Positions 20,109-30,044 are shown, counted from the first letter of the stretch. The stretch is 64,000 nt of DNA from Phycisphaerales bacterium (GCA_003597935.1 QZJT01000058.1:3639-67638); one strand, 5' to 3'. Notes: a model not told the origin generated them from the letters alone. Made by a program: numbers and translations.

Positions 20109-22422
20109 CACAGCGCGACGCGGCCTCCGCGTGGGCACACACGTCGCGGGCCGCTTCGACGATGGACGCCTCCGTCGGCATCACCAGGTTGGCGGCCGGG
20201 CCCAGCGGGACATATGTATCGAGCGCGTTGTGACGTCTTGCGATCACGTTGCCGTTGCACGATTCGTGAATGAGCGCCAGAATGGCCTCGGCCACGCCGC
20301 TGCTGCGCCTCCCTTCATCCACCACCAGCACCCGGGCCGTCGCCCGCGCCTGGGCGAGAACAAACGCCTCGTTGAGCGGGCTCAGCCAGCGCAGATCGAC
20401 CACCCGGGCCGCGATGCCGTGTTCTTCCAGAAGCGTCCGCGCCGCCCGCAACGACAGCCACAGGCCGTTGGCGAACGTGAGAATCGTCAGGTCCGTCGCG
20501 TTTTCATGGTAGACGCGGCCCTCCCCGAAGGGGACGCACTCGTCCGGGGGCGGATACGCGAATTGCCAGGCGCCGTCCTTCGGTTCATACAGGTCGCGCT
20601 GCATATATAGCGCAATCGGTTCTATGAACGCACACACCCGCCCATCCACCGCCCCCATCGCCACGCAGGTGCGCATCATTTTCACGGCGTCGTCCCCGCG
20701 CGAGGGCGTCGCCACCAGCAGGCCGGGCACATCGCGCAGGGCGGCGATGCTGTTGTCATTATGAAAATGTCCGCCGAAGCCTTTCTGATAGCCCCACCCC
20801 GCGATGCGGATGACCATCGGGTTGCGATACTGACCGTTCGAGAAGAACTGGAGCGAGCACGCTTCGCCGCGCACCTGGTCCTCGGCGTTGTGGTAGTAGG
20901 CGAGGTACTGGAGTTCCGGGATGGGCAGCAGACCCACGTGGGCGGCCCCCAGCGCCAGCCCCAGGATCATCGTCTCATCGAGGAGCGTGTTGAACACCCG
21001 CCCGGCCCCGAAGCGCTGGTGCAGCCCCGTGGTGACGTGATACACGCCGCCTTTTTTCGCCACGTCCTCGCCGAACAGAATCGCGTTGGGATATTTCGCC
21101 AGAATATCGTGCAGCCCCTGGTTGATCAGCACCGCCATGTGCCGGGGGGGGGCGTTCTCCGGCAGGTGGTCCGCTCCGCCGAACGCCCGGGCGCGAGCCT
21201 GTCGATCGGCCGGCCGACACGCCTCCGTCAGGACGGCGTCCGGCGTGCAGGGCGCCAGCGGGGCGACGATCTGCTCTGCCGAGGTCAGCTTCGGCGCCGC
21301 GGCCGCAACCCGCGCCGCTTCCTGCACCCGCGTGCGGATGGCCTCGTAGCGTGCGAGCACCTCGCCCGCGCTGAGCACGCGGTGTTCGAGCGCCAGTTCC
21401 GCCGTCTTCAGCAGCGGATCGAGCCGCTCGGCCGCCTCGATGTCCTCCCACGAGTGATATTCCGTCTCCACGTCGCTGCCGGCGTGACCCAGCAGCCGCA
21501 CGACCTTCAGGTGCAGGAACACCGGGCAGCGCCGCGTGCGGCACAGCTTCACCGCGTCGGCCACCGCATCGTATCCAGCCAGCAGATCCAGGCCGTCGGC
21601 CTGCACGTAGGTGATGCCCGGCCGGTGCGACATCGTCGCTTCGATCCAGCCCGGCGGCGTGTGGACGCTGATGCCGATTCCGTTGTCTTCGCACACGAAC
21701 AGGATCGGGACGGGGAACTTCTGGTGAGCGCTCCACGCGGCCGCGTTGAACGCCGTCTGGGCGACCGCGTGGTTGACGGAGGCGTCTCCAAAGCTGCACA
21801 CCACAATGGCGTCCGGCGGCACCGGCAGCGCTGCTCCCATACGTTTCGCTCGTGGGATGGACAGAGCCGCCCCCACCGCCCTGGGCAGGTGGCTGGCGAT
21901 GGTGCTGGTCTGCGGCGGCACGTTCATGGCCACGCTTCCCCACACCTTGTGCCGCCCGCCCGCGATCGGGTCGAGCGAGCTGGCCGCGAAGCTGTGCATC
22001 ACGTCGGTGGTCAAGTCCGCCACGCCCGCCAGGCGCGCCCGCTCGGCCATGAACGCCCCGCTGCGGTAGTGGATAAACGCCGGATCGGTGTGCCGCGTCA
22101 GCCGCCCCAGCAGGGCGTTGCCCTCGTGCCCGGCGCTGCCGATGGTGTAGAACCCCTCGTCGCGGGCCCGCATCCGCCGCGCTTCGATGTCCTGATGGCG
22201 GCAGACCATCTGCGACTCGAACAGCTCGACCAGGTCCCGCCGCGTCACCCGCCCGCCGGCCTCCACCGGATCGTCCGTCGGCCCGGATGTCTCGGCGCCG
22301 TCCTCGCGGGCCGCCCACTCGGTGACAAACCGCACGAAGTTCTCGTCGACGACCTCGGCGCGGTTGAAGCGCGAGGCGCTGCGGGCGGGTTCACTGCCGA
22401 CGAGTCGAGAATGAGCGGACAC
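20104..22422 (-). CDS. fused alpha/beta E1 component of a 2-oxoacid (branched-chain type) dehydrogenase, TPP-dependent
   Basis: The alpha part has FGDASVNHAVAQTAFN. The beta part has LFGEDVAKKGGVYHVT, FNTLLDE and a transketolase-like C-terminus. The start is uncertain (GTG at 22422 or 22452). The longer ORF upstream is not supported. Confidence 0.85.
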   Translation of the reverse strand: MSAHSRLVGSEPARSASRFNRAEVVDENFVRFVTEWAAREDGAETSGPTDDPVEAGGRVTRRDLVELFESQMVCRHQDIEARRMRARDEGFYTIGSAGHEGNALLGRLTRHTDPAFIHYRSGAFMAERARLAGVADLTTDVMHSFAASSLDPIAGGRHKVWGSVAMNVPPQTSTIASHLPRAVGAALSIPRAKRMGAALPVPPDAIVVCSFGDASVNHAVAQTAFNAAAWSAHQKFPVPILFVCEDNGIGISVHTPPGWIEATMSHRPGITYVQADGLDLLAGYDAVADAVKLCRTRRCPVFLHLKVVRLLGHAGSDVETEYHSWEDIEAAERLDPLLKTAELALEHRVLSAGEVLARYEAIRTRVQEAARVAAAAPKLTSAEQIVAPLAPCTPDAVLTEACRPADRQARARAFGGADHLPENAPPRHMAVLINQGLHDILAKYPNAILFGEDVAKKGGVYHVTTGLHQRFGAGRVFNTLLDETMILGLALGAAHVGLLPIPELQYLAYYHNAEDQVRGEACSLQFFSNGQYRNPMVIRIAGWGYQKGFGGHFHNDNSIAALRDVPGLLVATPSRGDDAVKMMRTCVAMGAVDGRVCAFIEPIALYMQRDLYEPKDGAWQFAYPPPDECVPFGEGRVYHENATDLTILTFANGLWLSLRAARTLLEEHGIAARVVDLRWLSPLNEAFVLAQARATARVLVVDEGRRSSGVAEAILALIHESCNGNVIARRHNALDTYVPLGPAANLVMPTEASIVEAARDVCAHAEAASRCG

Positions 22423-22592
22423 ACGGGCCTCCGAAATCGGATGCTTGGCCACGCGGCCATAGTGGCAATCTCCTTGCCAGTCGCGGCCGAGCCGAGCGCG
22501 GGATCGAGCGTAACAGCCGACCGTGCCAGCGGTCAACCGACTTCGATCACCGCCCGACAGACGACAGTGCGTGACGCCGGCGCCTCGTGCCA

Positions 22593-22622
22593 TTGACAAC
22601 GGTCTGGTGAGTTTGATAGTAT
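22593..22622 (+). promoter_or_regulatory. sigma70-like promoter for the 22799 gene
   Basis: TTGACA (22593-22598), an 18-nt spacer, then TAGTAT (22617-22622). A leader of about 170 nt ends in GAGGAAG 7 nt before the ATG. Confidence 0.4.
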
Positions 22623-22798
22623 CCTCTCGGCCAAGTGTTGCCCGCGGACCGAAGGCTCCGGCAGTGTGATGTACGTCCAACGTGGGACCACCCGCACGTG
22701 ATCTATCCGAACCCGCATCGCCGGAGGGATCCCGCTCGCCTCCCCGTTTCCGACGCGACCTCGGATCGGGCCGCAGCGCATCGAGAGGAAGATGAGCT

Positions 22799-23350
22799 AT
22801 GACACCAGCCTCGCACATCGCAGATGTCGTTAGGACATTGATCGTAGCCGCAGTCGTAGGGTTCCTTGGCTACCAGGGGATCGAGCTGATTCGCGAGAGG
22901 ATCAACAACCCGCCACCGCAGATCGTCCGTCTCGAAGGCGAGGAGTTGAAGGAATTGCGGCATTCACTTGACGGGGCCGTTGAACACATGCTCTCGCGAC
23001 TTTCCGTTCTGGAAGACCGAGCGCGGCGCCATCTACCGTTCGGCCTCCCGGAAGAAACACGCGTCGAGTGCGGAAGGTTCGAGATCACCTTCACGGAGCA
23101 ACAACCTAAGACGGCAGGCGGGGAAGGAGGCGGCCCAAAGTGGTTCTACGACCACGAGGTGACGTTCGGTCATCGATACGTCACGCCACCGCTAGTCATT
23201 GTTACGGACAACTCGGTGACGGGTGCGTGGCCCCATGTCGCCGTTCACAAGATCACTACCAGCGGTGCTGTGTTCAAGTTAAACCTGCACCATGGCGCGA
23301 TGGGTCGTACCGCGACGATTGCCTACCTGGTGATCGGGGAGGCCAACTGA
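22799..23350 (+). CDS. membrane-anchored protein with a C-terminal H-type-lectin-like domain (tentative)
   Basis: It has an N-terminal TM segment (VVRTLIVAAVVGFLGY). The C-terminus VTFGHRYVTPPLVIVTD...ITTSGAVFKL...IAYLVIGE fits the H-lectin pattern from memory. The region is visibly more A/T-rich. Confidence 0.4.
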   Translation: MTPASHIADVVRTLIVAAVVGFLGYQGIELIRERINNPPPQIVRLEGEELKELRHSLDGAVEHMLSRLSVLEDRARRHLPFGLPEETRVECGRFEITFTEQQPKTAGGEGGGPKWFYDHEVTFGHRYVTPPLVIVTDNSVTGAWPHVAVHKITTSGAVFKLNLHHGAMGRTATIAYLVIGEAN

Positions 23351-23361
23351 GCACAAATCTC

Positions 23362-24537
23362 ATGCAATTCATTCGGGCGCTCGCCCTCGCAATACCCGCT
23401 TTCATCGCCGCCAGCGCCCGCGCCGACGGCGTCTTCGAGGACGTCAAGTTCGACGAAGCCTGCCGCCGGGCGGCCGCCGCGAAGAAGCTCGTCTTTATCG
23501 ACTTCTACACCGACTGGTGCGGCCCCTGCAAAGTGATGGATAAGACGACGTTCGTCGACGAGCGCGTGGTGGCGGCGCTGAGGGCACGGACGATTCCGAT
23601 CAAAGTCGATGCCGAGGCGGACGCGGCGCTGGCGCGGCGGTTCAACGTGGACGGCTATCCGATGATGCTGCTGGTCCGGCCTGACGGCACGGAGGCCGGC
23701 CGCATCGCCGGCTTTCAACCTGCCGACGACTTCCTGGATGCGCTCGACGCCGCCATCAGCGGCAAAGACGCCGAGACCCGTGCTCGCGAGGCGGTGGCCG
23801 CCGGCGGCGGAACGGACGCCATGGCACGGTTGCGGCTGGGGCAGGTGCTGGCGGCGAAGGGCAGGCACGGCGATGCCCTGGCGGAGTTCCTCTGGTGCTT
23901 CGACGCCGGCGCGACGCGAGACCCGGCGTTCATGAGCCTGCGCCGCGGCGTACTGCTCGACGCCATCGCCGCGCTGGGCCGCGAATACGGGCCGGCGCTC
24001 GCTGAGATATCGCGACGGCGCGACGCGCTGGAGGGGGACATTCTCGCCGGCCGGGCGGATTTCGCCGCTGTGCTCGACTACAGCGCCATCCACCGCGCGC
24101 TGCAGCAGACCGACCGCACGCTGGCGACGTTCGACAAGCTGCCGGACAACTCGGCGGCCAAAGTCATGCTCTTCGCTGATCTTGTCGACGCGCTGCTGGC
24201 GGCCCGCCGCTACGCCGACGTCGTCAGGATGGCCGATCCGGCCGCCGGACTGTCCCGCAAGATCGAGGACTTCCACCGCACGGAGGCGGACCCCCGCATC
24301 CGCAGCGATTCGGCACGTCAGATGCTGCTTACCACCATGCGCGAGGACATCCGCCGCTATGCCGCCCGCATGACGCTCGCCCTGGCCGGCGCCGGCCGGC
24401 TTGACGACGCCCGCAAGCTCATCGCAGACGCGCTGGCGTTCGACGGCGGCGAGGAGATGCGACGCGAGATTCGGGACTATCTGGACGGAACGGACGTGGA
24501 CGGTGCCGAGGATCTTCGCAGGTCGCTCTTGCCATAG
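23362..24537 (+). CDS. secreted thioredoxin-domain protein with a helical C-terminal domain
   Basis: It has the signal MQFIRALALAIPAFIAASARA and the motif FYTDWCGPCKVM (WCGPC). Confidence 0.75.
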   Translation: MQFIRALALAIPAFIAASARADGVFEDVKFDEACRRAAAAKKLVFIDFYTDWCGPCKVMDKTTFVDERVVAALRARTIPIKVDAEADAALARRFNVDGYPMMLLVRPDGTEAGRIAGFQPADDFLDALDAAISGKDAETRAREAVAAGGGTDAMARLRLGQVLAAKGRHGDALAEFLWCFDAGATRDPAFMSLRRGVLLDAIAALGREYGPALAEISRRRDALEGDILAGRADFAAVLDYSAIHRALQQTDRTLATFDKLPDNSAAKVMLFADLVDALLAARRYADVVRMADPAAGLSRKIEDFHRTEADPRIRSDSARQMLLTTMREDIRRYAARMTLALAGAGRLDDARKLIADALAFDGGEEMRREIRDYLDGTDVDGAEDLRRSLLP

Positions 24538-24593
24538 AGTGGAGAAACCCGCGCAGGTCAGTAGAATCAGCGGAGTTCCCACGGAGCGAACCG

Positions 24594-25196
24594 ATGGACT
24601 GGGTCACCACCTCGACCATCCTGGAACGGCTGCACGATTTCGACGACCGGTCGGTCTGGGAGACGTTTTCCCGGCGGTTTCGGCGTCCGCTGATCGCGTT
24701 CGCCCGCAAGGTCGGTGTTCCAGACGGCGAGGTGGACGACGTCGTGCAGGAGATCCTGCTGGCGTTCATAGACGCGTTTCGCCGGGACCAGTATGACCGC
24801 CAGAAGGGCCGGCTGAGCCATTGGTTGTTCGGGATCGCCTACCGCCAGATCGCCAACGCGCGGCGCAAGCGGGCCATCGAAGCAGGCCGCAAGGACCCGC
24901 GTGGCGAGAAATCTTCATTCTGGGGCGGCGTCCCGGATGAGCGCGAGGCGCAGGCCACCTGGGACGAGGAATGGGAGAAGTCGCTCATCGAGACGTGTCT
25001 TCGGCAGGCGCGGTCCGAGGTGTCCGAGTCGACCTATCGCGCGTTCGAGATGGTCGTCCGCCAGGGCCGCACGCCTGACGAAGCCGCCGCTGAGCTGAAG
25101 ATGACGCGCAACGCCGTCTACGTGGCCAAGCACCGCGTGCTCAAGAGGCTGGAAGAGTTGATGAAGGACTATGAAGATCTGCTTCCCGACCGGTGA
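24594..25196 (+). CDS. ECF-type sigma factor (planctomycete kinase-associated type)
   Basis: Region 2 reads DDVVQEILLAFIDAF...HWLFGIAYRQI. Region 4 reads TPDEAAAELKMTRNAVYVAKHRVLKRL. Confidence 0.8.
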   Translation: MDWVTTSTILERLHDFDDRSVWETFSRRFRRPLIAFARKVGVPDGEVDDVVQEILLAFIDAFRRDQYDRQKGRLSHWLFGIAYRQIANARRKRAIEAGRKDPRGEKSSFWGGVPDEREAQATWDEEWEKSLIETCLRQARSEVSESTYRAFEMVVRQGRTPDEAAAELKMTRNAVYVAKHRVLKRLEELMKDYEDLLPDR

Positions 25197-25279
25197 CGCC
25201 GCTGTCCGGCGCGTAACGGCGTTGTCGGCCGCGTGACGACGTAGTTCGGCTGGACGGCGGTCTTTCACGGCAGAGCCGA

Positions 25280-27166
25280 ATGCCTTGCCCTACCCTTGAA
25301 GATCTGGAGCGGTACGCGACGGATGCGCTGCCCGACGACGCCAGGGAATCCTTGGCTGCCCACATGCCAGGCTGCGCGGGCTGTCAGGATCAGGTCGCAG
25401 CGCTTCGGCGAGCAGCCGAGTTGGCCCGTCGCGTGCATCGCATCGCAGTCGCCGGGGGTGGGGCCGCCACCGTCACGCTCCCCGTGACGCCCCGGCCGAC
25501 GAGTCCATTGCCGGGCGGTGGCTTTCCCGAGTATACGATCGTCAAGGAACTCGGCCGCGGCGGGCAGGGCAGCGTCTATCAGGCCGTCCATGAGCCGACG
25601 AAGCGCAGCGTCGCGATCAAGGTGCTGCTGGAGGGTCCACATGCCTCGCCCTCGGCCCGCCGGCGGTTCGAGCGCGAAATCGAACTCGTTGCGCAGCTCA
25701 AGCACCCCAACATCGTTCCGATTCTTGAATCCGGGACGACCCAAACAGGCCATCCTTACCTGATTATGGAATTCCTGCGCGGAAAGACCCTGCTGGATCA
25801 CATTACGACAACGCGGGCTACGACGGACGCCGTCCTGTCAGTTTTTTTGCAGATCTGCGAGGCGGTTCACTACGCGCACCGGCGCGGGATCATCCACCGC
25901 GATCTGAAGCCCGCTAATATTCTGATTCAGTTGCCGGCGCGCTCCGCTGACGGTCGCGATAGGGTCGGGCTCCCGGTGCCGAGGGTGCTGGACTTCGGTC
26001 TGGCCAAGGCGATCGGCGGCGATGGCGACACGAGCTTGGGCGTCACCGTAACGGGACAGTTCCTCGGGTCTTTGCCCTGGGCAAGCCCGGAACAGGTCGG
26101 AGGGGATCCGGCTGACGTCGACATTCGTACCGACATTTACTCGCTGGGCGTGGTGCTTTACCAAGCACTCACACTGCGGTTTCCCTACGCGGTCGACGGA
26201 TCGCTGCACAGTGTCATCGACAACATTCTCACGGCCGAGCCCGTTTGCCCCAGTTCGGTTGTCCCGGGATTCGACCGCGACCTGGAAGAGATCGTCCTCA
26301 AGTGTCTGCAGAAAGATCGGGAGAACCGTTATGAAACGGTCCTGGACTTGAGTCGAGACATTCGGAGCCTGCTGGCCCACAAGCCGATCTCAGCTCGCCA
26401 GGATGATGAATGGTACGTGCTTCGCAAGACCATTCGACGGCAGGCTGCACCGGCCGCAACGGCGATCGCGCTGCTGGCGGAGGTAGTCCTGGCGGACTCC
26501 GGGGGCGCGGACCGCATCGCGCGCCGTCAGCGCATTGGCCGGCAGTTGGGTTGGTTGGTCGCCGGAGCGCTCACCGTGATGCTCGCCACCGCCGGGCTGG
26601 CGATCGGCCGATCTCGTTCAGCGGGCGAGCTGACCGGCGGCATAGCGACGGTGTTTGATGCCATGATGGTTGGGGCGTTCGGTGGCTCGCTGCTGGCGTG
26701 CTTCGGCCTGATCGTTCTCACGCTCCCCCAGGCTGCCTTTCGCTTCGCAACCTGGCTGTCTCAACCGCGCACGGCGATACGGGCCGTGGGCCGCACGATC
26801 ATGCTGGTCAGTCTCGCAACGGTAGCGGCCCACTATGCCGGCGTTGTGATGAAAGCCATCATCACCGCCCTGTGGGTCACAGGTCCGGGTGTGGTTTTCC
26901 TGCGATGCCTGGAGCAGTTCTTGCGCACGGAGGCTACGCGTTCGTTGTCGCGGGCAGCGGCACTGCAGATGCGTGTGCTTGCGGCATTTGGAGCCAGCAT
27001 GCTGGCGGTGTTGCTCGCAAGAGAGACCTACCCGCGCGTCCCCGGCGAGCAGGTAGTTTTGGTCACGTTCACGGTTATGAATGTGCTGCTCGGGTGTTTG
27101 CTGGGAATCGGCGTTACCGGCCTGCTGTTCCGCAGTCGCCGCGCGATTCTGCGCCCGGAGCATTGA
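25280..27166 (+). CDS. Ser/Thr protein kinase with an N-terminal zf-HC2 anti-sigma-like motif and a polytopic C-terminal membrane domain
   Basis: HMPGCAGC matches H-x3-C-x2-C. Kinase motifs are GRGGQGSVY, VAIK, HRDLKPANI, DFG and SPEQ. Several hydrophobic spans follow residue 400. Confidence 0.85.
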   Translation: MPCPTLEDLERYATDALPDDARESLAAHMPGCAGCQDQVAALRRAAELARRVHRIAVAGGGAATVTLPVTPRPTSPLPGGGFPEYTIVKELGRGGQGSVYQAVHEPTKRSVAIKVLLEGPHASPSARRRFEREIELVAQLKHPNIVPILESGTTQTGHPYLIMEFLRGKTLLDHITTTRATTDAVLSVFLQICEAVHYAHRRGIIHRDLKPANILIQLPARSADGRDRVGLPVPRVLDFGLAKAIGGDGDTSLGVTVTGQFLGSLPWASPEQVGGDPADVDIRTDIYSLGVVLYQALTLRFPYAVDGSLHSVIDNILTAEPVCPSSVVPGFDRDLEEIVLKCLQKDRENRYETVLDLSRDIRSLLAHKPISARQDDEWYVLRKTIRRQAAPAATAIALLAEVVLADSGGADRIARRQRIGRQLGWLVAGALTVMLATAGLAIGRSRSAGELTGGIATVFDAMMVGAFGGSLLACFGLIVLTLPQAAFRFATWLSQPRTAIRAVGRTIMLVSLATVAAHYAGVVMKAIITALWVTGPGVVFLRCLEQFLRTEATRSLSRAAALQMRVLAAFGASMLAVLLARETYPRVPGEQVVLVTFTVMNVLLGCLLGIGVTGLLFRSRRAILRPEH

Positions 27167-27511
27167 GGCGCTCGCCTCGATGATCGCGGCGAGGGCAGGG
27201 GTGTCGTGCCCGGTACACTGGTGCCGTATGCCGAAGTCGTGAGCGATAGGATCGGGGATGCGGATCCGCCCTGCCGCCCCCGCCGAACCGAAATCCGGCG
27301 GGGGCGAGATCGGCGGAGAGCCGGGCGACTGGACGGCAACGACGAGGAGGGCGAACGGAGGATGCTCCACTGATCCTCCCGGGCGGACAAAGGCCCCGAG
27401 TCCGGCGGATTCCCGCGGGCGCCCCGCCCCGGCCACTCCTTGAACCGGCCCCCCGGATGCTGAGAATGGCTTGGACCTACGCTGGCACCGTCCGACAGGC
27501 AGGTTTCGTCC

Positions 27512-29914
27512 ATGGGCCAAAGCGCCGATGCCAGACCACCCGTGCTCGAACATCTCCCTGCCATCAGCGGATACCGATTGCTGCACGTGATCGGTTCCGG
27601 CGCCAGCGGCACCGTCTGGCTGGCAGAGGAGACGCTCTCGGGGCTGCAGCGCGCGGTCAAGCTGTTGCCGAAAGGAGAGATCGCCGTCGCCGATGGCGCC
27701 ACCGGCGCCGCCGCTGCGGGAAGCCGCGAACTCGACGGGCTGCGCGAGTACCAGCGCGTCGCCGAGCGGCAGCCGCACCTGCTCCAGATCTTCCACGTCG
27801 GCGAGAGCGACGGCTTCTTCTACTACGTCATGCAGCTCGCGGATCCGGCGCCGCCGGGCGTCGAGCGTGCGCAGGACGGTGATGACCCCGCGCGGGCCGG
27901 TGATGACCTCGCGCCGGCCGGCGATGACCGTGCGCCGGCCGGCGCCGCCGGCGAGGACCGTGTACAATCCGGCGCCGCCAGCGAGCCGCGGGCTTCAGCC
28001 CGCGCGGATGTTCCTGCAGGCACGCCGCTACCGATGACGCACGCTGACCTGAACCCGGCGTCAGGTACGATTCCGCCGCCGCCGGAGGCCGCCGACGCGT
28101 CGACGACTCACAGCGATCCCCACTGCGGCGCAACCCTGCGGGCGAAAGCCTACCGCCCCCTGACGCTGAAAGAGTTGATCCGAACGCAGGCCCCGCTCGA
28201 CCCGGCGAAGGCGCTGGACATCACGCGCCAGGTGCTCGAAGGTCTGGCGACGCTGCACGCTCACGGCCTGACCCACCGCGACGTCAAACCCGACAACGTG
28301 CTGATGGTGGACGGCCAGGTCCGCCTGGCGGACGTGGGTCTGGTCGCCAACCTCGACCACACCCTCACCCAGGTCGGCACGCCCGGCTACATGCCGCCGG
28401 AAGGAGCCGTCGATCAACGCGCCGACCTCTACGCCGTCGGCATCATGCTCTACGAGATGATCACCGGCTATCCGCGTACCAGGTTCCCCGAACTGCCGCG
28501 CTTCGACCCCATGCCCCGCGGCCGACGCCGCGCCTTCAGGGTGGCCAATCGCGTCGCGACCCAGGGGGCGGCCTGGGACCGCAGGGCGCGGTTCCAGTCG
28601 GCCGCGGACTTCCTGCGGGCGCTCGACCACGGCGGCCGCCGACGGAGTTTGCGTCCGACGCGCTGGCGGTGGGTCGCGGCCGGTGCGCTGTCGCTCCTTG
28701 CGCTCACCTGGGGGGCGACGCATCGCGTTCACCTTCGAAGCGCCGAACTCGTCGCCGGGGAGCGGTCGGTTCGGGTGACGGGCGACTGGGGGCGGTCGTG
28801 GGTTTGTGGGAGTTTCGATGCCACGCTGGGAAGACCCGTGTTGGCCGACGTCGATGGTGACGGGCGTGCGGAACTGGTCGTCGCGGTGGACGAGTCCTTC
28901 CCCCGTGCAAGCCGCGACGCCGGAAAGCTGTTCGCCTACGCCGGCTATCTGGGGCGTCTGCGGCTGGTTTCGCTTTGGGACGAGCCGGTGCGTCTGTACG
29001 CGACCCCCCCCTGGAAGACCCGGACGGCGCCGGAATCCTGCGGCGTCCGCGTCAATCAGGTTGCGGACCTCGACAACCGACTCGGGCAGGAGTTGGTCGT
29101 CAGCGCCAAATTCCCGGGCGCTTGCACGCGCATCGCGGTCGTCGGCCAGGATGGACGCATCCTGGGCGATTACTGGCACTACGGCTACATGGACGTCTAT
29201 GCGATCACCGATCTGGACGGCGACGGCGCCCGCGAGTTGATCTGCGTAGGCCTGATGAACCACCCGGAAGACGAACGCGGCCAGGAACTTCTCTCCCCGG
29301 CCGTGATGATCCTCAACGTCGGCCCCGGCGGCACGCCGAGCCGAGCCACGACGAGCCCAGCTACGCCAAACCGAGCTACGCCGAACCGAGCTATGCCGAA
29401 CCGAGCTATGCCAAACCGAGCCGCACCAATCCGAGCCGCGACCGTCGGGGAGTGGTTCCTGACCGGCCGCTGCAACGCCGGGGCGCTCTTGCCCGAAAGT
29501 GCCGGGATCCGCTCGTCCGAACCCGCCGAACCGCCTTCGCCGCAAGCCGCCGAACCGCCTTCGCCGCAGGCCGCCGGGGTGCCTTCGCCGGAATCGGCCG
29601 GGGCGTTCTCGCCCGGAGGCTTTGGCAGTCTGCGCGCCTACGGCCGCCTGCGATCCCTCGCGACGGCACCCACCGGCGGCGAGTACACCTTCCACGGCGA
29701 CGGCATCCACATGACCTACGACGGCCAGGACAAGCTGGAACTGGTGCTGGCCCAACGGCTGATCCTCATCCTCGATTCGCACCTTCGCCCCATCGAAGGC
29801 GGCGTTCGCCCCACCTCCAGCTTCGACCCCGCCCTGCCCATCCCCCCCATCGACGCCCTCTGGCAACCACTCTGGCCGCCGGCCGCCGACATCCGCCCCC
29901 AATCCGAGCCATGA
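27512..29914 (+). CDS. Ser/Thr protein kinase with a FG-GAP/VCBS-like extracytoplasmic domain and repeat insertions
   Basis: Kinase motifs are GSGASGTVW, AVKLL, HRDVKPDN, ADVG and GTPGYMPPE. DVDGDGRAELV and DLDGDGAREL are FG-GAP-like. REP and tandem inserts lie at 27850-28010 and 29330-29600. Confidence 0.85.
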   Translation: MGQSADARPPVLEHLPAISGYRLLHVIGSGASGTVWLAEETLSGLQRAVKLLPKGEIAVADGATGAAAAGSRELDGLREYQRVAERQPHLLQIFHVGESDGFFYYVMQLADPAPPGVERAQDGDDPARAGDDLAPAGDDRAPAGAAGEDRVQSGAASEPRASARADVPAGTPLPMTHADLNPASGTIPPPPEAADASTTHSDPHCGATLRAKAYRPLTLKELIRTQAPLDPAKALDITRQVLEGLATLHAHGLTHRDVKPDNVLMVDGQVRLADVGLVANLDHTLTQVGTPGYMPPEGAVDQRADLYAVGIMLYEMITGYPRTRFPELPRFDPMPRGRRRAFRVANRVATQGAAWDRRARFQSAADFLRALDHGGRRRSLRPTRWRWVAAGALSLLALTWGATHRVHLRSAELVAGERSVRVTGDWGRSWVCGSFDATLGRPVLADVDGDGRAELVVAVDESFPRASRDAGKLFAYAGYLGRLRLVSLWDEPVRLYATPPWKTRTAPESCGVRVNQVADLDNRLGQELVVSAKFPGACTRIAVVGQDGRILGDYWHYGYMDVYAITDLDGDGARELICVGLMNHPEDERGQELLSPAVMILNVGPGGTPSRATTSPATPNRATPNRAMPNRAMPNRAAPIRAATVGEWFLTGRCNAGALLPESAGIRSSEPAEPPSPQAAEPPSPQAAGVPSPESAGAFSPGGFGSLRAYGRLRSLATAPTGGEYTFHGDGIHMTYDGQDKLELVLAQRLILILDSHLRPIEGGVRPTSSFDPALPIPPIDALWQPLWPPAADIRPQSEP
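27983..28008. repeat. REP family B hairpin inside the kinase CDS
   Basis: GAGCCGCGGGCTTCAGCCCGCGCGGA is identical to the copy at 7744-7769 and is read as EPRASARA. Confidence 0.8.
29426..29455. repeat. REP family A copy inside the kinase CDS
   Basis: CCAATCCGAGCCGCGACCGTCGGGGAGTGG, preceded by five 15-bp tandem units (about 29340-29425). Confidence 0.7.
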
Positions 29915-30015
29915 GGGGTAGCTCGCCGGGTAGCTCGCCACTCCGTGGCGAGACTCCGAGCCACCACCGCCTGCCCTTGACCGAGCGAAGCGAGGTCAAG
30001 CGTGAGGGAGTGCTT

Positions 30016-30044
30016 CCTTCCGAGCCGCGACCGTCAGGGAGCGG
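30016..30044. repeat. REP family A copy, intergenic
   Basis: CCTTCCGAGCCGCGACCGTCAGGGAGCGG. Confidence 0.65.

Noticed and set aside
18735-20273. Long ORFs lie antisense to confident genes. Examples are 774-1733, 18735-20273, 20761-22596, 45769-47532, 49885-51678, 51706-53514, 54248-55222, 56435-57592, 57171-58835 and 60015-61406.
   Set aside because: These are shadow ORFs typical of GC-rich DNA. The translations are Arg/Ala/Gly/Pro-rich with no motifs, while the opposite strand carries clear domain signatures.
27167-27511. The intergenic minus-strand translation (RIRIPDPIAHDFGIRHQCTGHDTPALAAIIEAS) looked like a gene remnant.
   Set aside because: I could not tie it to any family, and it has no start or stop structure. 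It is not reported.
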